Below, one piece after another: positions 51,930-64,000 of a stretch of DNA of 64,000 bases (position 1 is its first letter; each line of letters starts with the position of its first letter). The DNA comes from Octopus vulgaris (taxonomy: Eukaryota). Made by a program: the position numbers and the translations under genes. The stretch covers positions 19,406,001 through 19,470,000 of the forward strand of contig OX597839.1 of NCBI GenBank assembly GCA_951406725.2, in the 5' to 3' direction. The notes beneath the pieces were generated by a model. That model was not told the origin of the DNA, did no database searches, and saw only the letters and a list, made by a program, of their open reading frames with translations.

Positions 51930-52352
51930 TTGTGTGTCTGTGTTTGTCCCCCTAGCATTGCTTGACAACCGATGCTGGTGTGTTTACGTCGCCGTCACTT
52001 AGCGGTTCGGCAAAAGAGATACCGATAGAATAAGTACTGGGCTCACAAAGAATAAGTCCCGGGGTCGATTTGCTCGACTAAAGGCGGTGCTCCAGCATGG
52101 CCGCAGTCAAATGACTGAAACAAGTAAAAGAGAAAGAAAGAGATATTTTGCATATTTTGGTATATTTTGCTTTATGAGTTCACTAAAGGCAACAAGGCAT
52201 CGGAAAGTGTGAGGAATATTAATGCAGTATATGGGGATCGGACATAAAGCGACCCTCGTCCTAGAAGATCAGTAAAGCTCGGCGAGGACGTCCTGCAAAC
52301 CCTGATGAAAGAAAACCTCATCGTAACCGTTGAGGAACTAGCAGAGACACTT
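51565..52352 (+). mobile_element. Mariner 5' remnant interrupted by a family A SINE
   Basis: Terminal-repeat-like TAttgggtcattccataaataatgcggtttt. After the SINE: YILLYEFTKGNKASESVRNINAVYGDRT..PRRSVKLGEDVLQTLMKENLIVTVEELAETL (mariner N-terminal HTH region). Confidence 0.75.
51728..52135 (+). mobile_element. Full-length family A SINE
   Basis: ggcgcaggaatggctgtgtggtaag..gactgaaacaagtaaaagaga. Confidence 0.88.
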
Positions 52353-52794
52353 CAAAATATAATATATTAAACAGGCGTATCTGGGATAGTTATCCCCATA
52401 AGAGGTTTAAATATCCTCATTGAGACTATATATACACACATATACATACAGAAACTTCCAAATATCAAAATCATGTAAGGTTCTTTGTTATTGAAAGTTC
52501 GACTGGAATTGGAAGCATTTAGAAAGGATGTTTCAACTGAATCAAAAAGAAAAAGAGAGAGCAAAGCACTTTAAGCATTCCGATATCATAAGGGCACTGA
52601 AATTCAACTGCTGCGAGCAAGAGATTATCGACGGTACCGGGAATGTCACCGACGAAGAACTTCAGGTATCGGAATGGACTACAGGAACTGTGGCACCCGA
52701 GAACGTTAGATACAAGTGATATCTGCCGAGGAGGCTCTTGCGCCGTGCACGTGCGCGCACAGTCTTTCAAGTTCTTTCAGGTTTTTCTTCAGCA

Positions 52795-52831
<37 letters not shown>

Positions 52832-53033
52832 CGTATAGATTTATATTATGTATATATGCATATATATATGCGTGCGTGTATGTATTTAAATTCATCTAAA
52901 ACGCGCCAATTCTATGAGTCAGATATGAAAATTATCAAACTACGCAGTCTGTATAATCACTAGGAACGAATAATGGGAAATAACCACACACACACACACA
53001 CACATATACACACATATGCACGCACATGTACAT

Positions 53034-53083
<50 letters not shown>

Positions 53084-53604
53084 GTTTATATACATGCGTG
53101 TGTGTGTATAGTTGAGTATATGAATTAATAATGTATATGTGCGTATATCTATATCCGCCTATATATATATGTGTGTGTGTGTAAATATATGTACATAAAT
53201 ATATGCATATGTGCATTTATATGTAAGTATATGTACATATATATATAGAATACACATATATATATATATATGTACATATATATATACATATATGTATGTA
53301 TGTATATGTGCATTAATACATACATACATACATACATAATGCAACGGGAATCCCCACTCTATAACACGGTGTCTGGTCTACAATATTTGCTTGCCGAGTT
53401 TGGCTGTATTGATAGATAAAGGAATATATGTCGTTCACAATTGATTGTGGGTAATTGATTTGTAGATCGATGGAGTCTGGTGAGGAAAATTCCTACCTTG
53501 CTGGCGGGGGAATGATTTATGCCGATTATCAATCTATCCGTCATTATTAATACGAAACGAAACCAACAACAAAGCCGACTGTGCAAATATATATGTGTGT
53601 GTGA

Positions 53605-53645
<41 letters not shown>

Positions 53646-53777
53646 AGTGAATACATATTTGCGTGCATGTATACGTATGTATGTATGTGTGTGTGTACGA
53701 GTATCACTGTGCGTCTACATGTTTGTGTGTGTATGTGTGTGTCTATATATATAAGTGAATATATATTTGCGTGCATG

Positions 53778-53809
<32 letters not shown>

Positions 53810-54089
53810 TGTATGTATGTATGTATGTGTGTGTGTGTGTGTATGTATGTACGATTATCACAGTGCGTCTATGTGTGTTAGTGTGTGCGTGTGTATAAAC
53901 ATATGCATGAGAGTGAGAATTCATATATATGTATGTAAATATATATATATATATGTTTGTGAGAGTATGTGTATATGCATATGTGTGTGTGTATATACAA
54001 CAACAAAGGCGACTGTGTAAATATATATGTGTGTGTGTGTGTGTGTGTATGTGTCTATATATATAAGTGAATATATATGCATGTATATA

Positions 54090-54125
<36 letters not shown>

Positions 54126-54832
54126 TGTATGTACGAGTATCACTGTGCGTCTACGTGTGCTTGTGTGTGTGTATAAACATATTTATGAGAGTGAGAATAT
54201 ATATGTGTGTGTGTGAGAGAGATTATGTGTATATGCATATGTGCGTGTGTGTGTATACATATATATAGCTACCTAGCTACCTACAAACAAACAAATATAA
54301 ACAGACTTCCATCCGTATGCATATTTTATTTCGTAACGGTGGGAATTGAGAAGTAGATGTTACAAAATATATGCATAACCAGCTCTATTTCACGATGTAG
54401 ATGATGTTATTATGACTTTCGCAGTTTTTTTTCTTGAGTTTTGGTAGTTGTTGCTTCATATTTTATTCCTGGTTTTTACTTAGAGTTCATGAATGAGAGA
54501 TCGTCTGCTAAATATTAATGGACGTTAACTGATAAATTTTCAATGGCTATATGCTAACGTTTATTGTCCAAGTCTAGGGACTTGCTCGTAGGCAGAGTGA
54601 AACACACCAGCAAACACAGTGCGCAGTTATATGCAGACTCAAACATGTGTGTAGAGATGTATTCGTGTGTGTGGGTGTTCGGAATCTATACATGTATGTA
54701 TGTACATGTATATACATGTGTATATGTTTGGTCGACAACTGATGCAGGAATGCGCATGTCTGTGTTTGTTATATTCTCTGTATTTTCCTGTTTCTTCATA
54801 TATTCCTTCTCTGTCTGTCTGTCTCTCTTTCT

Positions 54833-54904
<72 letters not shown>

Positions 54905-55033
54905 GAACCTTGTGGAGCTTTAGGTGTTTTCGCTCAATAAATACTCACAACGCCTGGGAATCGAAACCTCGATCCTACGACCGCGAGTCCGCTGACCTAA
55001 CCACTGGGCCATTGCGCCTCCACACACACACAT

Positions 55034-55119
<86 letters not shown>

Positions 55120-55121
<2 letters not shown>

Positions 55122-55330
55122 TTTATTTTAAGCAGCAGAAAATTCAACAAAATCTGTTACTCTGAGTTTCTCGTTGCCGTTCATCAGACAGTTTTTGCTA
55201 GAATGGAACTTATATATTAATTCAATCTATACTCTTACAAACGCTACACGTTTAAAAAGAAATGGACTTGTTTGATTGGCCCTTTAGAAAAAACGGTCAA
55301 TCTTCGAGCGATAAACAAAAAGGTCAAAAA
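55120..55330 (-). mobile_element. Penelope/retrozyme-like small element adjacent to (TA)n
   Basis: Unique sequence between TA tracts containing a hammerhead motif; the right boundary is uncertain. Confidence 0.55.
55149..55195 (-). ncRNA. Type I minimal hammerhead ribozyme motif
   Basis: aaaaCUGU-CUGAUGA-aCG GCAA CGa-GAA-ACUC a GAGU-A-ACAGauuuu: intact core, GNRA-capped short stem II, near-palindromic stem III, GUA site. Confidence 0.7.
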
Positions 55331-55673
55331 TATATGTATATATATATAAAAAAACTTATAAAAATTATAAAATCCGAGGAAAAAACCGAGGAAAAAACCT
55401 ATTGCCGTTAATGAAGACAGTACAAATTAATGCATAGAAATTAAACCTGTTATAAATACTGCAATACATATTTATATTAAAATCTACATATATATATCAA
55501 CATACACAAAAGGATGCGCGTAAACGCCATACATACATATACAGACGTATGAATATGAATCTAAATATACACATAAAAGCATGTGTACATATATTCACGT
55601 AAACCGTCTCGCACGCACACTGGTATTTGAGTACTCTTTTTTCCACCTTGTTTCACATTTATGTGTTTACTCC

Positions 55674-55724
<51 letters not shown>

Positions 55725-55727
<3 letters not shown>

Positions 55728-56530
55728 TTTCAAATTTTGACACAAGCCCAGAAATTTCGCGGAGGGATCAAATCAATTACATCAACCCCGTGTTCAACAG
55801 GTACTGATAAATATCATCCCCGAAAGGACGAGAAACAAAGTTAACCTCGGCGATATTTAAAGTCAGAACCCAAAAACGAATGAAATGACGCTTACCATTT
55901 TGCCTATAGCAAGAAAGATTATTTCGAAAGGGTGCGTGCTGGCGGGGTCTTTAGCACGCTGAACGAAATGCTTAGCGGTATATCGCCCGTCGCTATGTTC
56001 TTAGTTCAAATTCTGCTGAGATCGACTTTGCCTTTCATCCTTTCGGGATCGATAAATTAAGTACCAGTTGCATACTGGTGTCGATCTAAATTACCGCTCC
56101 GCCTCCCCCCCAAAATTTCGCGCCTTGTGCCTAGAGTAGAAAAGAATATATAAAGATCTATACAAGCGGCGAGCTGGCAGAATTTTGTTGTCTACGTTCT
56201 GAGTTCAAATTCCGTCGAGGTCGACTTTGCCTTTCATCCTTTCGGGATCGATAAATTAAGTACCAGTTGCATACTGGTGTCGATCTAAATTACCGCCCCG
56301 CCTCCCCCAAAAAATTTCGCGCCTTGTGCCTAGAGTAGAAAAGAATATATTAAGATGTATGCAAGCGGCGAGCTGGCAGTATTTTGTTGTCTACGTTCTG
56401 AGTTCAAATTCCGTCGAGGTTGACTTTACCTTTCATCCTTTCATCCACAGTTGCGCACACTGTGCTCGATCTAATCGACTGGCCCCCTCCTTTCAAAATT
56501 TCAGGCCTTGTGCCTAAAGTAGAAAAGAAA
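55725..56530. mobile_element. Cluster of family C SINEs (one minus, three tandem plus copies)
   Basis: ~55995-56185 is duplicated at ~56190-56380, with a further partial copy to 56530 and an inverted decayed copy at 55725-55905. Confidence 0.8.
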
Positions 56531-56974
56531 ATATAATAAACGGCAATCAAATTTAGAGGGTTTACGATTTGGTTCCAGAAAATCGAAGATTTCTTTGTCA
56601 CTAAAAATACACTGAAACAAAATCTCTTATTGCTTGAACCTGGGGTACGATGTGCGATCCTTTCGTTATGGCGTTCATTTTCTTTTTATTTTCTATCTCA
56701 TTCACTCACCCATCCAAACACTATCATCCCCTCAGCATCAGTCTACTTGCCTCTTTCTATTTCTCTCCCTCCCTCTCTCTCTCTCACTCTGTGCCTCTCT
56801 CTCTATTTGACTTGCTGTCTCTGTATCTGACGCTCACATTCTCTCTCTCTTTTTCTCTCACTCTCTCTCTGACACATATTTTCTTTTCTTTTCTCACTCT
56901 CTCTTCCTCTCTCCTGTTTCCATTTACAATCTGTCTTCCTGTCCCTCTTTCTCGCTCTCACATTTTCTCTCACT

Positions 56975-57019
<45 letters not shown>

Positions 57020-57141
57020 TCTCACACTTCAGCTGTAAGGTTACAAGGTTATACCAAACGTTTGGCCAGTAGGCTCTAAAGCGTGCGAATCATATACTAA
57101 GCTGGAAGAGGACCTTTTGTTCCTCAGAGTGCCGAATGAAT

Positions 57142-57243
<102 letters not shown>

Positions 57244-57410
57244 TATATATATATATATATGTACATTATATATATATATATACACACACACACAAATACA
57301 TATATACACAAATACATATATATATGTGTGTATATACATATATGCATATATGTGTATATATATACAAATATATGCATATACATGTACGTATATGGATATA
57401 TATATATATC

Positions 57411-57477
<67 letters not shown>

Positions 57478-57482
57478 AGAGA

Positions 57483-57514
<32 letters not shown>

Positions 57515-58053
57515 TGTGTATATGTATAAATATGTTCTTATATTCTGAAGTATATTTCTGCAGCTATGGACGTCAATGAGTTGAAGCTATATATATGACA
57601 GCGCACGCATGAAATACGATTGAGAACCGCTATATTGAACTGAAGTAGCCGCATTTTAGCGATAAATACTTCTCTTATTAAAGACAAGCGAAATGTAAAC
57701 ATATATTCGTATTCATGAAAACATTCCATTACACTGGCATTCTCGAATCTCCAAGGACTAGTTTCTGTTCAAACTAACAAACACAGGAGGATGAATGGAA
57801 TGTGTATTACGCATAAGAGTATAAAGCAAATTGTCAAAAAGGTTAATAACTGTTGATCCGGCGATGTATTTTGCGTGTAAAGAGAATCATAAAGTTAGCA
57901 TGCTTATACATAATCAACAATGGAGGAATTTTCGCTCTCACTTGTGTATAGATATGTATATATATATATAAATACCTATGCACATAGATATCAATCTGCA
58001 TATTTATGCAACATACATGTGTATATGTGTACACGTATATAATTTCACAAACG

Positions 58054-58120
<67 letters not shown>

Positions 58121-58654
58121 GTATGCATATATATATATACATGCAAAGACATGCATAGGCACATAGGTATTATTAATCAATTTCGTTCTTGTTATCCTTA
58201 TTGTTAATATTATTATTATTATTATTATCCTCGTCATCGTTATTATTATTATTGTTATTATTATTATTATTATTGTTATTATTATTAATATAAAAAAAAT
58301 TAATATACATTGATTAATTACAGAGAGCAATTATTTGCTTCACTTGCTCTGTGCTTGTAACTGCAAGTGTATGAATGCAGACAGACGCACAAATACACAC
58401 ACACTGAGGCACACATCCACATTTATATACACACGCATATATATATATATATATATAATATATATATATATATACACACATAGACGCATATGTATATACA
58501 CGCACACACACACGTATATATAATGAGCTTCTTTCAATTTCTGTCTACCATATACACTCGCAAAATTTGGTCGACTGGGGCCTATAACAGAAGACACTTG
58601 CCCAAGGTGCTAGTTTACCACACCATAGTGGGTTACACCATGGTTCCTCTGCTT

Positions 58655-59113
58655 TGTGGCAGAAGTAGGTAGAAAGAGTGAGAGAAAGTTGTGGTGAAAG
58701 ACTACAGCGAGGTTCCCGCCCCACCTCACCGGAGCCTTGTGGAGCTTAGGTGTTTTTTGCTCAATAAACACTCACAACGCCTGGTCCTGGAATCGAAACC
58801 GCCTTCTTACGACCGCGAGTCCCCTGCCCAAACCACTGGGCCATTGCGCTTCCACTGCTGCTGTTGTTGTTGTTGTTCTTGTAGGCGGCGAGCTGGCAGA
58901 AACGTTAGCACGCCGGGCGGAATGCTTAGCGTATTTCGTCTGCGTTACGTTGTGAGTTCAAATTCCGCCGAGGTCGACTTTGCCTTTCATCCTTTCGGGG
59001 TCGATAAATTAAGTACCAGTTACGCACTGGGGTCGATGTAATCGACTTAATACCTATGTCTGTCCTTGTTTGTCCCCTCTGTGTTTAGCCCCTTGTGGGT
59101 AATAAAGAAATAG
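58655..59113. mobile_element. Family B (minus, 58655-58855) and family C (plus, 58883-59113) SINEs head to head
   Basis: Direct match to the other copies of each family. Confidence 0.85.
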
Positions 59114-59496
59114 GTACTAGTAGTAGCAGTTGAAATAGTAATGTCAGTAGAGTTTGTAAAGATGAAACATTATTAGCCGTCACTGATGAGGAATTTGCGC
59201 TTCTTCCTGTTGGTATTGTTAGCGTTGAGTTGTTATGACGATGGTGGATGTGGTTGTGGTGTGGTTGTTGTTAGTGTTGTAGTTCTTGATATTCTTGGTG
59301 CAGCAGTGTATAGGTTGGACGGTGTGGTGGTGGTGGTGGTGGTGGTGGTATGGGACCCATATATCACACATCTCTCCGGATTGCTATCAAGTTATCTGAG
59401 CTAGTGACGCTTAACTGATAGAAGCAACATGTTCGGCTTACCTCCCTTGGGACCGGACGGGAAAGAGAGAAAGGAAAAAACAAACCGGTACTGTTA

Positions 59497-60445
59497 ATGT
59501 TGTTGCTGATGGTGGTGGTGGAGATGGTGAAGATGATGATGATGATGATGATGGTAGTGCTGCTGGTGTTCGTGGTAGTGGAAGTGATGAGGATGATGGC
59601 GACGATGGTCGAGATAGTGATGACGTTAATGATGGTGATGCTAGCTTTGATGATCATGATGATAATGATGCTGGTGATGATGATGCTGGTGATGATGATG
59701 CTGCTACTGATAATGATGCTAGTGATGATGATGTTAGTGATGATGATGCTGGTGATGATGATGCTGGTGATGATGATGCTGGTGATGATGATGCTAGTGA
59801 TGATGATGCTGGTGATGATGATGCTGATGATGATGATGCTGGTGATGATGATGCTGCTACTGATAATGATGCTAGTGATGATGATGCTGGTGATGATGAT
59901 GCTGATGATGATGATGCTGGTGATGATGATGCTGGTGATAATGATGCTCGTGATGATGATGTTGGTGATGATGATGCTGAATATGAGGATGCTAGTGATG
60001 ATGATGCTGGTGATGGTGATGCTGGTGGTAATGATGATGAATATGAGGATGCTAGTGATGATGATGCTGGTGATAATGTTGGATATGATGATGCTTGTGA
60101 TGATGATGTTGGTGATGATGATGCTGGTGATGATGATGCTAGTGATGATGATGCTGGTGATGATAATAAAGGCAATGATCGAGATAGTGTTGAATGTAAT
60201 GTTTGTGATGATGCTGACGTTGCTGATGATGATAATGACAATGACGACGACGACGACGACGACGATGAAGTTGATGACGATGATGCTTGGGTTGATGATA
60301 TTGATGATGACGATGATGACGATGATGATGATAATGCTGGTGGTGGTGGGGGGGTTATGATGATGATAATTACGGTGATGTTCGAGATAGTCTTGACCTT
60401 AATATTTTTGAAGTTGCTGGTGATGATGATGATGATTATGATGAG
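59497..60445. repeat. (GAT)n-derived minisatellite with 15-bp unit GATGATGATGCTGGT
   Basis: About 30 units between 59660 and 60160 with degenerate flanks. Confidence 0.9.
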
Positions 60446-60741
60446 GCAACAGCAGTAGGGGGAGGTCAGATGGAGAGGTGAAAGAGGCTGGTCGATGAGG
60501 AAAAAGGCGAAAGAGCATGATGGAGATGTTTGACAATTTGCTTGTTACAGACTTAACCGAATTTTGTTTTGCTTTATTATTTTATTTTTTTCCTTTTGAA
60601 AAAAGTATAATTTATAATGTTTTTCCTTCGAGAAATGATCCGTCGGTTATTATTATTGTTGCTTCTCTTGTTTGTAGCTGTTGTTGTTCTAGGCTGTGGT
60701 GGGAGTGTCAGCGATACCTGCTTACACACACACCATGTAGG

Positions 60742-60805
<64 letters not shown>

Positions 60806-60807
60806 TG

Positions 60808-61382
60808 TATTTCCTCGAATGAGGCTTTTACATGCCGAAGACTACTTGGTGTAATTGATAATTATTCCAAATTAATTAATTTCACCCTTCATTGTTACTG
60901 ATAACCATATTCATCCCAGTAAATGACCACAGCACTTTGTCTTGGCTACACGCGGGTGGGAAGGGGCTGGTGACACAAACTTTCATTCACACTTTGAATT
61001 TGGTGATACTAGTTGTGGCTTCTAGCTCGCTCTGATACTGAGTTGAGTTGGTGCCTTCTAGTATCTCAAAATTCAATATACAATCATTCATGATTGTTTG
61101 TATCCTGCGCTGATGAGAGAAGAAGTTTGGGTAAGGTAGAATTATCTAATTCTTATGCTTTCCTAAGACTTGATTTCGAAACGTACGTCCGTAGGTGACT
61201 TAAAACTGTATGATAGATTGCCGTCAATTCATTCTCTCTTACCTGTTTGTGTTTGCCTTTCAAATGCTGTGTTTTTACTGAGATCTCCTTTTAGTAGAAG
61301 AAATAGCTATAATCTCTTTGACTGCTATTTCTAAATTCGGTGTGCGGTAAGGCAATTCGTTGCTAAACCCTTAATTGCTTAG
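60808..61382 (+). mobile_element. ~575-bp non-coding retrozyme/Penelope-LTR-like element between (TA)n tracts
   Basis: Unique non-coding block bounded by TA repeats, containing a canonical hammerhead. Confidence 0.6.
61104..61195 (+). ncRNA. Type I hammerhead ribozyme with extended stem II
   Basis: CCUGCG-CUGAUGA-(61 nt: GAGA..AAGU..AGAAUUA uc UAAUUCU..ACUU..UUUC)-GAA-ACGUACGU-C-CGUAGG. 6-bp stem I, G10.1-C11.1 pair, palindromic stem III, GUC cleavage after 61189. Confidence 0.8.
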
Positions 61383-61389
61383 TATATAT

Positions 61390-61449
<60 letters not shown>

Positions 61450-61615
61450 TACGACAGGCTTCTTTTAGTTTCCTTCTACCAAATCCACTCACAAGGCATT
61501 GGTCGGCATGGGGCTATAGTAGAAGACACATGCCCAAGATGCCACGCAGTGGAACTGAACCCGGAACCATGTGGTTGGTTAGCAAGCTACTTACCACACA
61601 GCCACTCCTACGCCT
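61450..61615 (-). mobile_element. Family A SINE 5' half
   Basis: Matches the family A head. Confidence 0.82.
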
Positions 61616-61975
61616 AGTATAAAATTCAGGCGACAACAGACGGAGGGGTTTTTCTTGAAGCCGAAGATTTTAAACAGAGAAAATATATACATATCGTCTG
61701 AGGAAACACAACTAGATCTCATGATGCAGGGAAACAATTTCATAATCAAGTACCTGCACTCCTGGAGAACTACAATGCGAGGAAACAATTTTAATAATTA
61801 AAAAAAATGAATGTCCAGCCGTATCCCTTCTGGCTAATTCCAATTTTTCAACTGTATATATGTGTGTGTGCGTGTATGCATAGGGAGAATTCACAAAAAA
61901 AACAACAAAAGACGAAGACAGGTGGTGTAGACAACAAACAGATGTATTAGTATAACGCTCGGTAAGTGAAAAAGT

Positions 61976-62011
61976 CTTTAACGTTTCGAGCCTATGCTCT
62001 TCCACAGAAAG
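61976..62011 (-). ncRNA. Hammerhead motif variant (CUGUGGA core) in a Penelope-like small element (~61880-62068)
   Basis: CUUU-CUGUGGA-A-GAGC auag GCUC-GAAAC-GUU-AAAG, the same architecture as 20346-20380 with compensatory stem I changes. Confidence 0.55.
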
Positions 62012-62401
62012 AAACAAGGAGAGAAAATAAAGAATGTGTAGTGGCTAGCGATCAATCATGGCGAATGATATATATATATATATTCATGTTGAGGTAAGTA
62101 TGTACATATACGTATGTATATATCCATATATATTATTTATATTACTATATGATTGAAAGCCACGCATCCTCTTCCAAGTGAGTAACATCTATTATGCATA
62201 TATACTCTTTACTCTTTCTCTTTTTACTCTTTAACTTATTTCAATCATTTGACTGCGGCCATGCTGGAGCACCGCTTTTAGTCGAGCAAATCGACCCCGG
62301 GACTTATTCTTTTGTAAGCCCAGTACTTATTCTATCGGTCTCTTTTGCCGATATATATATATATTAGACATACATATATGTGTACGTTTAAATGACGCTA
62401 T

Positions 62402-62808
62402 ACTCTTTTACTTGTTTCAGTCATTTGACTGCGGCCATGTTGGAGCACCACCTTTTAGTCGAGCAAATCGACCCCAGGGCTTATTCTTTGTAAGCCTAGT
62501 ACTTATTCTATCGGTCTCTTTTGCCGAACCGCTAAGTTACAGGGACGTAAACACATCAGTATCGGTTGTCAAGCGATGTTGGAGGGGACAAACACATACA
62601 CACAAACATATACTCACACATACATACATATATATATGCATATATACGACGGGCTTCTTTCAGTTTCCGTCTACCAAATCCACTCACAAGGCTTTGGTTT
62701 GCCTGAGGCTATAGTAGAAAACACTTGCCCAAGGTGCCACGCAGTGGGACGGAACCCGGAACCATGTTGTTGATAAGCAAGCTACGTACCACACAGCCAC
62801 TCCTACGA
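62402..62808 (-). mobile_element. Family A SINE (preceded by an extra 3' fragment at 62220-62350)
   Basis: Matches the other family A copies. Confidence 0.85.
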
Positions 62809-63499
62809 CTATAAATACATAAATATTTACGATTATTACTTTAACATAATTCTAAGAATCTTCTGAACCTTTACCGAGGAAGTGACGCAACAATAAAAAT
62901 TAGCTTTACAAGCGGCACATGCGGAGAGAGATCATCATTATAAATGACAAATGTTCCTCTTGATATTCGTATGTACCTTATATTTCATGACCCTAACCAA
63001 CAACCCTCTTTCCCGTACCAGAATCTGGGCCGTTCCTTTTAGTGCCATCCTCTAAAGAATTTTCTAATATATTTCCATTCCAAATTTCGTAATCCCCCTT
63101 TTTCTTTATATCTTCGTTTTCTTTCTCCCTAAGGAACCTTTTGACTTCAACATTGTTCATGCCACACATTTTGTAGAGTTTCCTCAGCATGTTTTGATAC
63201 AGTTCAAATGTTCTCTATTACTTTTTCACATACCCTTTTATTCCCCAGTGACAATGCCACATCAGTTAACCTCCCAATGAATCCTTTTTCCCCTTTCCCG
63301 ACAATAACAAATTCTCTCATCTATCTTGTAATCACATCAGATGTTAGTCTCACAGCCGCTATACTTTCATTTAACTTTACACGTGTGTCAGCCTGTTACA
63401 CATGTCACTGTTCTTCGCGGTATTTCTACCGATATTTTACTTTCTAAGTTCAAGTCCTGCCATAATTGAATTTCTTGGTATGTATAATCCTATCTGCTA

Positions 63500-64000
63500 A
63501 ATGCACAAGGCCTGAAATTTGGTGGAGGGTATAGGCGATTACATCAGTCACAGTGTTTCACTGGTACTTAATTTATTGATCCCGAAAGGATGAAAGGCAA
63601 AGTCGACCTCGGCGGAGTTTCAACTCGGAACGTAAAGGCGAACAAAATATCCTTTTCTACTCTAGGCACAAGGCCCGAAATTTTGGGGCAGAGGGCCAGT
63701 CGATTAGATCAACCGCAGTACGCAACTGGTACTTATTTTATCGACCCCGTAAGGATAAAAGACAAAGTCGACCTTGTCGGAATTTGGACTCAGAACGTAA
63801 AGACAGACGAAATACCGCTAAGCATTTCGCCCCGCCTGCTAACGTTTCTTATTTCCTTATTGCCCACAAGGGGCAAAAAATAGAGGTAACAAACAAGGAC
63901 AGGCAAAGGGATTAAGTCGATTACATCGACCCCGGTGCGTTACTAGTACTTAATTTATCGACCCCGAAAGGATGAAAGGCAAAGTCGACCTCGGCGAAAT
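63500..64000 (-). mobile_element. Tandem family C SINE fragments
   Basis: Three iterations of actggtacttaatttatcgaccccgaaaggatgaaaggcaaagtcgacc; the array runs off the window end. Confidence 0.8.

Noticed and set aside
52355-52797. Unique GC-richer block with 63-106 aa ORFs on both strands
   Set aside because: No recognisable motif or clear splice pair. Probably an unclassified transposon fragment bounded by TA repeats.
59654-60241. 195-aa Ser/Pro/Ala-rich ORF resembling a mucin or antifreeze repeat
   Set aside because: It is the reverse frame of a GAT-derived minisatellite, with no signal peptide or splice evidence.
60812-60848. ctcgaatga-GGC..GCC-gaagact, a possible second hammerhead in the 60.8-kb element
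   Set aside because: Both boxes deviate from consensus and stems I and III cannot be drawn.
62990-63420. Minus-strand purine-rich ORF-like remnant
   Set aside because: Too decayed to assign; no diagnostic motif.

Overview
Repeat-saturated eukaryotic (animal) DNA, most likely intronic or intergenic sequence of a coleoid cephalopod (Octopus-like). That assignment is inferred from the tRNA-derived SINE families and the extreme (TA)n/(CA)n/(TATG)n density. The only long real ORF is a 5'-truncated CR1/L2/Jockey-group LINE reverse transcriptase (1168-3054). The rest of the window holds three tRNA-derived SINE families (dozens of copies), RTE and R4/Dong-type (RLE) LINE 3' fragments, two non-autonomous Helitrons, two mariner remnants, a pogo/Tigger-like MITE and a decayed Penelope GIY-YIG fragment. 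Almost all short ORFs in the track are microsatellite artefacts. The most interesting signal is a set of about nine type I hammerhead-ribozyme motifs, found by eye, from several unrelated small Penelope/retrozyme-like elements. Most lie next to (TA)n tracts and have the palindromic stem III typical of dimer-cleaving minimal hammerheads. One near-canonical copy has an unusually long (~61 nt) stem II (61104-61195). Several elements show Penelope-style tandem and inverted junctions, and the internal (TA)n of one SINE family repeatedly acts as a landing pad. A weak cluster of minus-strand micro/terminal exon candidates lies at 9.9-14.5 kb. SINE boundaries are approximate.
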